Shown here: positions 1 through 13,735 of the stretch, piece by piece
How positions within the stretch are numbered: position 1 is the first letter of the stretch
How the letters are laid out: every line of letters begins with the position of its first letter
DNA from: Mytilus edulis
Lineage: Eukaryota
NCBI RefSeq assembly: GCF_963676685.1
Contig: NC_092346.1
Span: 99,448,001 to 99,512,000 of the forward strand
Length of the DNA: 64,000 nucleotides
Direction of reading: 5' to 3'
Position numbers and translations under genes: made by a program
Notes under the pieces: generated by a model
What the model saw: the letters and a program-made list of their open reading frames with translations, nothing else
The model's database searches: none
What the model was told of the DNA's origin: nothing

Positions 1-129
1 ACCGAGTGTTTATTTTGGAACAAAAAAAACTGCTGGTTATTAAAATTATCAGTGTTGATTTTGGAACCAATGACACTGCTGGTGATTAATACAGGCAACC
101 GTATTATACTTCTGTTCAAAATTCATAAT

Positions 130-560
130 TCGATTGAGAAAAAAACAAATCCGGGTTACAAACTAAAACTGAGACAAACACATCAAATATAAGAGGAGAA
201 CTACGACACAACAGAAACACAACACTAAAATGTCACACACATAGAAACGAACTATAATATAACAATGGCCATTTTCCCCGACTTGGTACAGGACATTTTA
301 AGAAAAAAATGAGGGGTTGAACCTTGTTTTGTGGCTAGTCAAACCTCCCGCTTTTATGGCAATGTTAAATATATTATTAAAATGACAACATTACATGACA
401 GAACTACAATACAATAAATTTGAGAATATATAGGACAGAGAAACACACAAATTGTAGCTATCAAAATTTACCAGGATTATTATTTGTTTTAGCCAGACGC
501 GCGTTTCCTCTACACAAGACTAATCAGTGACGCTCAGATAAAATAAAGTTCGAAAGTTTA
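130..560 (-). mobile_element. Interspersed repeat carrying a degenerate hammerhead motif (Penelope-associated non-autonomous element, tentative)
   Basis: Shares the 'gacttggta..ggcatttt...ggttgaacct.gtttt..gcta..aaacctc' segment with 8680-8870 and, more weakly, 3120-3180. Contains a hammerhead-like core at 492-536. Confidence 0.45.
492..536 (-). ncRNA. Degenerate type I minimal hammerhead ribozyme
   Basis: Minus strand reads GAGCGTCA-CTGATTA-GTCT-TGTGT-AGAG-GAAA-CGCGCG-TC-TGGC: CUGAUGA-like core (one substitution), stem II, GAAA, palindromic stem III, GUC cleavage triplet, stem I partner. Confidence 0.55.
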
Positions 561-2200
561 TTTTAAAACAAATGACACAGCTGGTTTTTAAATTGATTGG
601 TGTTTCAGAGATTGTTTCGTGTTTGTTGTAGAAACCTATTTCACTGTGTCCCATTTGTTAATTAAACTTTTCTAACAGTTACATGATTTGGTTTACAAAT
701 TTTCTTTTCTCTTTCTTCCTTTACGGTTTTCCCCTTTACACCTGCAACATGCGATTGTTGAATTAGGAGCGATTTGTTGAAATGAATTTTACATGTTTTT
801 GATAAAACAAAGACTAGAGAAAATCCACACTCAATACTTTACCGTGTCTTCAGCCACTCTAAGCAAGTTTATCTTTAAAGCCCACGCTAATTTATGGAAG
901 GCTGAAGTAGAACCACTACCAGTAAAAATAGCTACGTCATTCTTGCCACAATTCACACATTCTTTAATTATATGCCTGGAAAAAATAACCCAGAAACACT
1001 TGTAAATGTAAATGACGAATGTTTGATTTGTACCCGTCCAACAGACACTGTTCCATTCCGAATCACTCCGACAGTTATCTGCTTGTATCTGGTCCTTTAA
1101 AACGTATCTTAAACAATGTTAAATATTCTTAAGGATTTCTTGGATGAAATTTATGTTTCAGTTCTCTACATTTACAAATTAACATGTGCATTGCTGTAAA
1201 AGGGAATTTCCTGAATGATAATGCTGTTATTTTATTTACAAGTTTTTAAATGAAACGTTGAGGACGAGAATTTTTATTACAACAGGGCTGTATTCTAATT
1301 TTTGATAACCCACAAGGTAAGATTAATTAATTCGTTTTCATAGTCGATTGTGGTGTAAACCAAGTAAGTATATGGCTTTATGGTGACAATTGTAATAATA
1401 TAAAATAAGGACATTTGTAATGATTGCAAGTGAGACAATATTCACCAGATTCTATTTGATGTGGATTCAAGCAACTAAAATTCACCGTAAGTCATTCCCC
1501 AAGTGCGATGTTATACAGTCAACCTCTTACCTGGCTTCTTCTCTAAGTTTAGTAGTCTGTAGAGCATTGTGACCAGTAGAAGAATGGGTATTAGCATATA
1601 CCGGTAATACATGCTGTCTAATTGTATCCTCTATAAATGCTAAGCATCTGAAATATTTAACAATTCGAAAAGAACAAAAAATAGACAAAAAAATGTACCA
1701 CAATCAAAGTGCTCGTAAGCACTAATTGGTAGAGATTTCTTTAATCTATAAGTGAAAATCAAAATTAAATATTGCATTGTATTTAGAATTGGTCGAAATT
1801 GATTTAAATACATTCTGGACAAAGGAAAATAACTCCAATTTTAAAGATAACTTTAAAAATGATATCATTGATATTTTTAGAAACATATGTTAGATTCGTG
1901 CACTTTGCAAAAAATACTTTCTTGGTCGTTTTGAATATATGAACATACATTTCATTGATAAGATTCTAGAAGTGTTCATGGATACGATTAGTTAACCAAG
2001 TCCGAACTAAGCAAACTTAAAACCTACCTTCCAGATGCTGTATAATCACAGTAAACAACTGAAAAATAACAGCAACTGCTATATAATTACTTTGTTGTAT
2101 AATGCAAATTGTATTTGTTTTTACTTTGAATCTTATAATCATTAAACTTCATGCCATAATTACACAAAATAGATATTTACAATTCCATAATCTATATATA

Positions 2201-3652
2201 TGTTGTGTACAAGTTATCATTTTGTACAAATTATGATTTGTACAAAAATATTGTACAAATTATAATTTGTATTTTGCCTTTGTACAAATTATAACTTGTA
2301 CAAAATATAATTTGTACAAAAAGTGCCTGTACAATTTGTACAAAATTTGACCAAAATTCACTTATAACTTGTACAACAGTTTTAAATATGAATTTTGGGT
2401 GAAAAATGCATTGATTCACAGTACAGAATTGTAATTTACTGACCACACATTAAACCTTATTAACAAAATACACCGTTTTCACACAACTACAAAAGGCAGA
2501 TTGACTTTCGAAATTTTTGAGAGACAAAAAGTAAACAAAAACGATTTTATCAAATTTTTAATACTTAAACCACTTTTCCTTTAGAAAAAAAGTATCATTC
2601 AATAGTACTGCATAATTAGTTCTTGTCGCTTTTTGGATTTTTTTTTTTTTTACTTCAGAAACTTTGCAAAAACGAGTAGGTATATTTGTAAAATTTGATA
2701 TTATGGCGTGAAAGATCGTGAAAAGGATCTCGAAAGATTTGTTGCCACTTATTCGTTATTTCAAAAATTCCAAGGAAACAATCAAAGATTTCTTTAAACA
2801 AGACTAGTGATGATTTATATTTGCAATTGGTACATCAAAAGATTGGATTTACATGACTTATTCCACTTCAATTTTGTTTGTGAAAAGATAAATGGTTCAA
2901 AGCCATTGGGTCTGGTGATTTTATAATACTACACCAACTAGTTTTCTTATAAAAATAAAAGCCCGTCTGTCTGTTCTGCATAAGTTGTATTTTGTTTTTA
3001 AAGTTTGTATTGCCTCAACTGATTTCCGTTAAGTTTTATGCACAGTCATAGATATTTATAAAACAAAGATCCTTGTTGAAAAAAAAATACATTGATAAAA
3101 AACAACAGAAAAACAACTGACATATTCCTGACTTTAGCAAAGTCATATTCCTAACCAAATCGTGGGTTTAATCTCGCTTTTTTTCTGGGATATCTATTTG
3201 TCTAAAGGCCTTACTGAGGCGGTGAAATACATATTTTTATCCGCAGCAACGGTTCATGAGCTTCAACGCTTGCTATGTGAAGCAGTTAAAATTTGCCTGT
3301 AAAACAGGTCGTCATCGATTTGAGAGTCAAACAATGTTGTGCAATACCCGATTCCATAAATCACTACATCACCTGCTTAAACGAATGATAAAGAACTACT
3401 TTTGAATTTTGAAACTTTGATGTACTGTGAGGTCATTTAATAGCAATTCAATAAAGTGTATCAATGCTTTTTTCACAAAAATCCATATGATAAATTATTG
3501 TACAAGTTATAAGTGATTTTTTGCCCGTTTTTGTTCAAATTGTAATTTGTACAAGCACTTACAATTTGTACAAAGTCAAAATGCAAATTATAATTTGTAC
3601 AATGTTTTTGTACAAATTATAATTTGTACAAAATGATAACTTGTACACAACA
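2201..3652. mobile_element. Non-autonomous foldback/TIR DNA element with long TGTACA-rich inverted repeats (TGTTG...CAACA termini)
   Basis: Left end tgttgtgtacaagttatcattttgtacaaattat is the reverse complement of right end ataatttgtacaaaatgataacttgtacacaaca. The inverted similarity runs ~150-200 bp. (TA)n on both sides. Confidence 0.8.
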
Positions 3653-4149
3653 TATATATATATAATGACTGAATAAATAGTCAACGATAAATTTTACGGG
3701 GCGATGGATCATATAAATATGATTCAGTACACTACCAAATATAATATATAACAAGTCAAAAAGGGTACAACATCACCAAAAACACAATAAAACGAACAAT
3801 GTTAGATATTTCGGATAACAGATATCCTTCCTCGGTAATAGCACCATGACAAATGAATCATGTCAATTCAAATTAAGACTCTATCAAAATCTTGAAATTT
3901 ATACAATTTAAGCGAACGCTGGAAATTTCCAAACACGGCGAAAAGACTAGACTTCAAAGATATGCCAAAATAAAATAGTTATTTACTATGTAAACCGGCA
4001 CAATTCTAAATTCCCAAAGGTGGTGACAGTTGAGATGTTAAACAACTGCATTGAAATACAGTCCCAATAAACAGTCCTGATCGATCTAAGCTGGTATAAT
4101 ATTTATTATCATATACTTAGACTAAATAACATATAATTTTTACTGTATG

Positions 4150-4875
4150 ATAATAGCACTAAATCAACGTAAATTCCATATTTTTCGAATTGGTGCTTAT
4201 CGGGCTGATATGAAAAGTTTATCACATGCTTCGAGTGTTATCACATGCCTTTCCGTAACGTTATCGCATGGCATTCCGGTGATACTCGGCAAATTCCGGA
4301 AAATATACCTCAATGCTACATTTTCACTAAAAAAAACTTACAAAGTAGTGTACAATCTCAATTTTATTAACAAAACAATTATTTGGATACTGGAAAGTAT
4401 ATTTTGAAAAATAATAATAATAAAATAAAAAAACATCAAATTATTAAATAAATGCGTTTTTTTTAAAGTTTCAAACATAAATTAGAAAGTTACGTTAAAA
4501 AAGTTTACTTTTTCAAACAGTGTTCATTATGTATATTTTTGAATCATTTCTTTTGTCGTTTCGTCCATATTTAAATGTTGAGGCATCTGATAGAAAGATT
4601 TCATATCGAATGTACTAAATTTAGGATCCGACGTCCGTGAACTTTTCACTCTTTGAACTTCTATTTGGGAACCACGTAAAAGGATCAATATATGAATATG
4701 TTATTTTTCTCCATTGTTGAAGCATATGATAAAAAGATCATAACATGTCATTTTTCATATCGCATGTATTATCACCCTTCAGTCAATATCAGCCCTCGAG
4801 CCATGCGGCTCTTGGGCTGATATTGAACCTAGGGCTGATAATACATGCGATATGAAAAATGCCATGTAATAATCT
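4150..4875. repeat. Interspersed element ending in a long imperfect hairpin (4740-4872)
   Basis: catttttcatatcgcatgtattatca...tcaatatcagccc pairs with gggctgatattga...tgataatacatgcgatatgaaaaatg. The 5' boundary is approximate. Confidence 0.55.
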
Positions 4876-6403
4876 GATAAAATATGACAACGGTAGAGCA
4901 ATTGCGACAGAGACTGCGTATTTAAACATCCCAAATATACAGTAATTTGATGATAAGAAAAGTGAGTAATAAATTTTTACTAAGGTTAAGTAATAGAACG
5001 TGGCTGCGTATTTACACATCCCTGCCAACTGTAATTAAAACTAGTATAATTCAAAAATTCCTGAAAAGTGTAAGAGTCCAGTACGGAAGCCGGAGTTACT
5101 GGACACAAGTGATGGCAGGAAATTAGTGATTGTAGTGAAAATGAGTGACTCTTCTATGTTTTTTCATTTATGCCCTCTGGGGAAACTGTCTACAATATAT
5201 CGTGTTAATTTCACCAAACATCCATATTTAGTGTAAACAACATTTTTATTATGAAAATACAAGTATATTTATAAACACATTCACATCCATATTTACGTAT
5301 CTATTTAAACCAACGTGTCCTGCAATGGACCATATTACTGTTCCATATATAAACGTAATTATAACAGACTGTACGATTTGTCTCTGGTACATTTAATGTA
5401 TACCAAAAAACATTCAAGCTTCTGTTGACGCCAGACTTCATGCTGAACGACTGAAAACTAATTTCAAAATTGACTGCTTCTTTTTGTTATTTTATTTGGG
5501 TGTTAAAGTGTTGACCGGAGAAAATTGTGTATGGAGCCAATAAAGTAGCGTATTGCCAGTAATATTTTACTTCAATAACAGTGGCTTATTCATTGTCAAA
5601 ATTTTCGAACTACAAGAAGTATTAGAATATTTATTATTCCAATCAAGGGCCCTTGATGGGAAGCATAACATGTACACATAAAACAATACATCATGATTCT
5701 GAAAGACAGACATGGCAGAAAACTCCGATCTGTTTTTTTTTTTTTTAGATAGATCTAGTTAGAATTTATCATAATACAAAATGTATGGCATGGTCAAATT
5801 TCCAACCAAAGAAAACCTTTAGGTCGTGTAAATGCAACTAACGATAGCATTTAAACTACTGGCTGAAAAATAACTAATAGAAACTATGATACTTTTATGT
5901 ATGGGTCATTATAAAAAAAAGTGCAAATTTCGACGAGGTAACATTTTGAAAAATGATGTCATTGTTTAAAATATTTAATTGTGTTCCGCTATTCTATAGT
6001 ATTGTAGCAACGATATTCAGAAATATGCAATGGGAAAAATGAAGAGTTCCTTCAATTTTAACAATTTTTGGTCATGCTTTGATAGAATCGTGTCAATGGT
6101 GTTACCAATTTAAAGCATACATTTAGCTACAAAATATTATTGTTTAAGTCACTTTAACATTAAACAACTGTTCCAATTTGTTGTTTAGGTTAAAATTACG
6201 ACTTATTGACATTATTCATATAGCTGTGCATTCTATTCAAAAACAATTCCAGAATACATTGTCGTAAAAAAGTTGGCCGTCCTAATCATGGCCGTTGTAA
6301 ATACTAAAATATGCACTTAAAATGAATATATGTGAATTGTGTAAGATTAAATGATAATAATATACCTAATCCTTCGTATACGACCTAAAAACACTTTTAT
6401 TTA

Positions 6404-8372
6404 TGCCCGCGTCACACTGTCCCGATTTTTATATACGATGGACACCCGAATGCGAAAATTGTAAGTTCGTACGAAGTTGGTCCCGATCTCGTTAAAATAC
6501 CAAAAAAGTGACCGAAGTAAGTACGATGAATAACGAAGTCTATACGATGGTGCCGAAATTATATACGATAGCAGAAGATGGACATACGGAGGTTAATCGA
6601 AGACGGGTATTTAAGCTTCATATCTCAGCCGAAGCCTACACGATTGATCACGAAGGCTACACGATGGATTACGATGGCTACACGATGGATTACGATGATG
6701 GTGCGATGGCCATACGATGTCTAAAAGATACGAACAGAATTTCGACAACATATCGTTTCTGTACAAGTCTGCCATGCATGGCGGGAAATCGATCTTTGTG
6801 TCTAATTCTTATAAAACTTAGTTTATTATCCCCTCGCCTACTACATGTAAGTTGCGTGTAGATAAAATTGTTATTGACACTCTAGAACCAAAATGCTCAA
6901 AACTTGGTATGGTGTTACTCGTTAAGAATATCTTAAGCGCTATTGACTTTAAAGTTCAAAGGTCAAGGTCACAGTGGTAGTTGTAATTCAAGGCAATATC
7001 ACCCTTGTGGACACTCTAAAACCAATATGCTTCAAAAGATTTTAACCACATTTGGTATATTGTTCCTCCTTGTAATGATCTGACATTTTTTACGTTCAAG
7101 GCCAAAGGTCAAGGTCATGCAGATGGACTTGTTTTTTCTCTTTGAAATAGCATAATACACAGGAAATTGGTTGCTCATTTTTTTTACCTGCTGGTTCTAA
7201 AGACAATATTAAAGGTATTTCCAGTTACTGAATGTTTTGGTTTAATTTAAAAAAAAAAAATAGTTTATGTATCAAATATGCATATTCAATTTACCATTTT
7301 CTGCATGCGTCATATACAAATATAGTGTCCATATTTGTCCCCAATATGTTACATACGAGGGGATGCCACGCTCGGCATTGCCTTATTTGAACTGTAAAAT
7401 GTGTGCACTAGTCTGAATAATCACCCTTAATTATGCCCATGTTTACTGATCTATCTTAAAAGGTGGCCATGGTTATCAGACAAAAGGAAGGATGTGGGGA
7501 AAACAACAAATGCGGCAAAATATGACATATAGAAAACAAAATGGTTATGGAGTAAACATTCGTGTGACAACAACTCAGACGTTACATAAAAAATCAGAAT
7601 AATGAAGAAAAAGTTGGTTTCCCTATATACATGTACATGTACCTGCAGTGTTGGTGTACGAGGCGCGTTTATGATTTTCATTATGTTACTTGATATGAAA
7701 AATTGACAAAAAATAATATTTTACTTGTAAAAGTAAATACGGAGCCTGTAATAGCTGCTCTTCTTGTTCCATTTGAATTAATAGAAACAACGCTGTCGCC
7801 TTTCTTGTTCTCATAGAATCATAGACTGACCAATGCATATCGCGCATGACACTTTAAATGTATTTTAGCGCGAAAATTAACTTACATTTAGCTGGATTTA
7901 TTGCCGTCGTAGTTCCATCTTGTCGCCTTCGTACTTTTATTCGATGGCAACACGACAGGATTACGAGGTCTTCACGAAGTCGTGTTGCCATCGGAAGACC
8001 TTCCGGTATCATCGTGATTCATTCGTGTAGACATCTTAATGTCAAAACTGCCCGATGGAAACGACGGAAACACGAATGCAATACGATGTGCAAAGATGCA
8101 TTCCCGGTGACATTACGATGGTGAGGATGGTGATACGAACTCAATACGAACCCTCAACATCGGACGCACCTTCGGGGATTTTTTAACATGTTAAAAAATT
8201 TAGAACTCTTCCCGAAGTTGTCCCCGAAGTCTAGAAAAAGTGGCCGATGATTCTACGATGGTTAAAGATGGCACTAAGAATAGCCCGATCTGGATACGAT
8301 CAGTCCCGATTTTGAAAATTTCCATTATCGTGTTGCCATCGGCGTAAAAATCGGGACAGTGTGACGCGGGCA
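6404..8372. mobile_element. Non-autonomous TIR DNA transposon (~2 kb), TA flanks
   Basis: Perfect TIR TGCCCGCGTCACACTGTCCCGATTTTTA / TAAAAATCGGGACAGTGTGACGCGGGCA with TA on both sides. Subterminal regions are rich in (T)ACGAT/ATCGT motifs. No transposase ORF. Confidence 0.85.
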
Positions 8373-11300
8373 TAATGAAAGAATAATAAAAAATGTCACA
8401 TTTTTATATAGTAACACCACTGACCCTTCACTAACTCCAATGACACAAAAGTATCACTATTGACATCACATTTCAAATTCTACCTTTATTTTAAAAGTTC
8501 TGAACACAGAGCAAAGAACACCGAGCAAAAGAAAAAGATAAAAAAAAATGATTCTTAGGCTAAAATATCTCAAATTATATAACATAATATCAATAACTAG
8601 AAATGTCAATAGTGTTACTAAATAGTGTCATTGGTGTTACCAGCATACATCAGTTTGTGAAAACTTTCTTTATGTAAAAAGTAAAAACACAAAAATACTG
8701 AACTCCGAGGAAAATTCAAAAAGGAAAGTTCAAAATCAAAAGGCAAAATCAAAAGTCCAAACACATCAAACGAATTGATAACAACTGTCATATTCCTGAC
8801 TTGGTAAAGGCATTTTCTAATGTACAAAATGGTGGATTGAACCTGGTTTTATAGCTAGCTAAACCTCTTAATACATGATATTGTTAAAACATTGTTAAAT
8901 AAGTATTGGTTTTCGTAAATAATATGATGTTTCGCTTGTTAAGCATGAAAGAAACACAAGACAATAATGATTGTCATGATATATTCAGTGGTGTTACTAA
9001 ACTGGTCAATGGAGTTATTTTATCAAAATGGTCTCGCCATTGACAGTAACACCAATGATTTAAGGTGTATTTTAAGATTTAGTTACGAAATAAGTGCTGC
9101 ATTACCCTGTTCTATATGTTGTTCCTGGTGCATGTTTACCATAATCAATATATTTCATAATTCAAAGTTCAGGAAATGTTTTCAAAAAAAGATTTGTATA
9201 AGGGTACACCATGGACACTATTTTCAATTATGATATAGCTTTTAATTACTTTTAAGATTTTTTCTAAGGGAGAAACTGTTGTAAATGCCCAAAACTTGCG
9301 AAAGATAACTCTTATCCTACTAAATTGTCCTTTGGTTACACCATTGACTTAAAAAATGTAACATTTCCTTTTGTTGATTTTTTTTATTATAAAACCAACA
9401 TACACCTCCTTAATCATTAAAAAAAATTGCATGTATCAAAATGCAATAAAAAGTGATAAATCAAAAAACAAATCATATAAATAATAGTCCTATTTCAAGT
9501 CTGAAAGGATTTATAGTAAAAAATAACAGTTAATTCTGGCTATGTTCAAGGGTTTAAGAAAACATTCAGGATGTTTTTATAACATTTCACACTGTAAACT
9601 GTATGTTGTGTATCACAAAACATTCATATATAACATATGCAAGTGTTATTTTGATATATTGTCTGTAACTTAAAAAGACCCAATAACATAGTTTTGCATG
9701 GGTTTTTTTTTTATAATGACCCGTATATCGATTAGAATAGTTATATATACCTTTCCGAGGTCCATATGGTCCGTGTACTATCAAATCATTTCCTATCACA
9801 TTTTCCTGAATTGTGCGTAAAATTGGATAGTCCTCATATTTATGTTCCTAAATACAAATACATCAGCATAACTAAACTTGATTGGTGAGATAAAATAAAA
9901 TACCTTGAAATAGTATAACTAATGTCAATCTTTCACCGTGTCTTATTTTTACTTTGTTCGTGGCAGTTAAAGAAACGCGAAAAATTTGACTCCGCGTAAA
10001 TTTCCCTGCACATTTCAAAATTTCTTGCTATTTATTTACTGTTAATTATTATTTATCGAGTTCAGTATACAAAAAATAGATATATGAAGCAATTTGTGAT
10101 ATGATAAAAAAATGTTGATTAGCGACAATCTAGTACTTGTAAATAAATCATTGTCCAAAATCCGAACATTTTGCATTAGTGTAAAAAATAAAAATCATAT
10201 TTACTCGGATACTTGCACAAATATATGCTAAAAATATTGTGTTATACCATCACAAAAAGGATAGAACTTTCAACTATTTACGTTTCTTCTAGGTGTATCT
10301 CAGTTGTCACTCATATTTGTTTGTTTGTTTGTAATGAGTATCTGTCATTCAATCAAGTTTATGCCGGTTTTAGCATATCTGCCAATACAAAACTGTGATT
10401 GTTTTCAAGTGTATTTTCTATTAAAGCGAAAATTATACACAGTGATTTAACTTGGGCTGCTCATTTTGTTAGACTGATTAAAATTCAGATCTATCGGAAC
10501 TCGCGTGCTTTCATATGAACATAACGAAATCACAGATTCGTATTGTAATAAGATTGTCCATTCTGTCATCAAATCACGGAAAATAGATAATATATGGAAC
10601 GCGTTCGATCCAGAAATTACCACAAAGAGTCAAACTTTGGATATGGAATATGAAGATCAGAAAATTAACTAAAGACATCAATAAAAGCATTGTTCCTATA
10701 CTGCAAGGTAAATGACGAAGACAAGCAAAAAACAGCGGTATTACTATGCAGGTGTTTATCGAAGACAAGTAATAAAAGCTCTGTTCTTCTACCAATAAAA
10801 TTTATTTGATTTGATTTGATATATACTGGTTTACGAAGAAGACAATCTATTTCATCGGTGTTCCTAAAATAGTGTTTACGATGAAAACAAACAATTAAAG
10901 CGATTTTACTATGGTAGTGCACATCGAAGACATGCAATTAAAGTGGTATTCATATACTGGTGTACTATGACGACTACATGTAGCAATACAAGTGATTTTC
11001 ATATGCTTGTGTGCAATGAAGAAAAGCAATATACTACAAATCCTTATTGTTCGTCCATAATAACACACAAAAACATTGAGATGTTACTAAAGCAAGGGAC
11101 CCGGATTTATGAAAGACACATGATTATATGTCGGTTTAAACTAGATTTTATATCTGAACTTTCCTCTGTTTAATCTCGACCAGAGAAATAATGCAGCAAA
11201 AAAAGTGCAGTGTTCCTTAACAATCCGTTCCAAAACTCTGTAAGTGGACGACCATTTGATTTTCTGGGGGACTAGGAAGATTTTAAAAATTAATGTCTTA

Positions 11301-12675
11301 TAAGGTCTGATGATAACTGACAAACTAAGCTTGTCCAATACTGAATAGTTTGGATGTCATTGTTAAATACGTTAATATAGTTTTACAAATAGACTTAAGA
11401 TACGAACAAAACATTTAGAAAACATTGTTTAAATGTATTTTAATCTACTAACCAAGCCCATGTGTCTTGGTAGTCACATCGTAGCATATGCTTTTCTTGA
11501 GTTCAATAGATCGAACGTGCATTCAACCAAGGCTGTGTTTCAACCAAAGATTTGAAAACAGTCACTTTCTGTTTCTCTGCTTAACATGTTGCGTTTATGA
11601 GTAAAAGTAAATGTTAGTCGTCTCGGAGTCAAAATAAGTGTGCTCGTGGCGAGTAACATATGTTCATATGCACGTAAAACCCCACTTGTAGGTTGATTTA
11701 GTTTTAAAAAAAGCGGTAATATAAACTTCATATGCATATTGCATTAACAAGTTTTCGTCCAGATAGGCGTTTAATGTTTGCCACTGTTTATTTATATCCT
11801 TCCACGTGTATTTTGTTATTTAAAATATAACAATTGTATAACTTACCTTTTCTTTGAGATTTTTGTCCGACATTATCAGAATAACTAAGAATATGTTTTG
11901 CGCCACTGTCTATATAAATATTTATTTAAAGAAGGGGGTAATCATATTATTTATCAATATGACCAGATGATCATAAATTGTCATATTTTAACGGGTATAG
12001 TTAATTAACTCTAAATAAACAATAACGCTATAAATCAATCGGACATATTATTAATTTGTAATCTTACAATGTCAGATAGAAACAAAAGATAAACAGAGAT
12101 AACAAATGCTGATATCTTGTCTAATAATTGTGGTTCTCTATATGGGACCTTTAACTGTGTTCTTTTATATACACACGACGAACGTACGTGCACAATATGC
12201 ACAAAAAAAAGAGATTTTTTTTACTGCTGCATAATTATTTTTGTTGCATTAACAAAGATTTTTTTATACTTTGTACCGGTTTGTCAAGTTGCAAAAAAAG
12301 TAATGTGTGCATTCAGCATTTTCAAGATGTTCATCCATAAATTAAGTCGCTCGACATTTAAAAGGGACTTAAGTACGTTACGAATTATATGAAGCAGAAC
12401 AATAAAGATTGATTATTTTGACATCCTCTGATTTAGAAGAATACAGACGTCGAAAATTTACCATTGGTAAAGCCAAAATAAACGCATCGTAGATAATACG
12501 ATTGAAACTTTGTATTTGCGCCAGATGCGCGTTTAATCTACAAAACTCGTCTACAAAACACTCATCGGTAACCCTGGAATAAAAAAAAAGTAATAAAGGC
12601 AAACTAAAGTACGAAGTTGAAGAGCACTGAGGACCGCAAATTCCAACAAAATTTTGCCAAATACAGCTAAAGGTC

Positions 12676-12989
12676 AATAATTTAATTTTGGATTAACGCG
12701 TCTTCTGATTGGCTAACGTTATTTTGTTATCAGCCCATAGACATGATTTAGTCATGTGATCGTGACGTCATCAACGTTTTTTCATGGTTTTCTACGAGTT
12801 AAAATGGAATTTAGAATTAAATTAAGAAATGACTGTAATATATTTTCTCTGTCTATTCGAAAATCAAATAACATAAAAAAAAATGTGGTACACACTGTTA
12901 AATAACCCGCTACGCGCGTTATTCAGTGTGCACCAATTTTTTTATGTTATTTCTTCATAGATAGAAAAAATGTTCCAGTCATTCCTTAA
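12676..12989. repeat. Short interspersed element with a long terminal hairpin (12822-12989)
   Basis: taagaaatgactg...ataacataaaaaa...ggtacacactg..aataac [ccgctacgcgc] gttattcagtgtgcacc...ttttatgttat...cagtcattcctta. Confidence 0.6.
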
Positions 12990-13433
12990 ATAATGACAAG
13001 TTGGAGAAAATAGTTATAGGCGGAAATGTATAAAAAAAAACCTTCAGTTGAGAAAAAAATTACATGGAAAAAGAAAAAACAAGAGTAGATAAACAACAGA
13101 CGTCCGGAAAACACTTCTTAGAAACTTACAAAGTTTGGGCCATACGCCTACATTAAAACGGGACTCGAGAAGAGCAGACAGTTCTTGCACTGCTCGTGGT
13201 TAAAGGCAAATGCAGTCTAATTAACATATATAACTCTCGTATGAAGTATAATTGAGCTCTATATTTTAATAAGAAAGAGGCAAAAAAAAATCTGGTGATG
13301 AATCGAAAATGGTGAGGTGACGATCGTAGAAAATAATTGATTGATTGATTGTTGGTTGCTTTGCGCCGCATTAGCACAAAAAGGCTATATCGCGGCGACG
13401 TAGAAAAGGAGGTTGAGATTGTAGGTACGATAA

Positions 13434-13735
13434 CAAAGAAAGTAAACCTCCATTCAGTGCAATATGTCTACAACCATTCGCAGCACACCAACCGCATAGG
13501 CGGAAAATACATAAAAGATTGTATATTTCATTGAATAGTTCTTATAAAGGTAATTTTCTTATACAATGACGTATATCGATGGTCATTTAAATCTGTTAAA
13601 GAAAGTAAACCACCATCCAGTGCAATTTGTCTACAACCATTCGCAGCACACCAACCGTATAGGCGGAAAATACATAAAAGATTGTATATTTTATTGAATA
13701 GTTCTTATTTAAAGTAATTTTCTTATACAATGACG
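13434..13735 (+). repeat. Local tandem duplication (~163 bp period)
   Basis: aaagaaagtaaac..cca..cagtgcaat.tgtctacaaccattcgcagcacaccaaccg.ataggcggaaaatacataaaagattgtatattt occurs at ~13434 and ~13597. Confidence 0.85.

Noticed and set aside
6508-6861. 117-aa ORF with YTMDYDG repeats
   Set aside because: Produced by ACGAT subterminal motifs of a non-autonomous transposon; GTG start and no recognisable domain.
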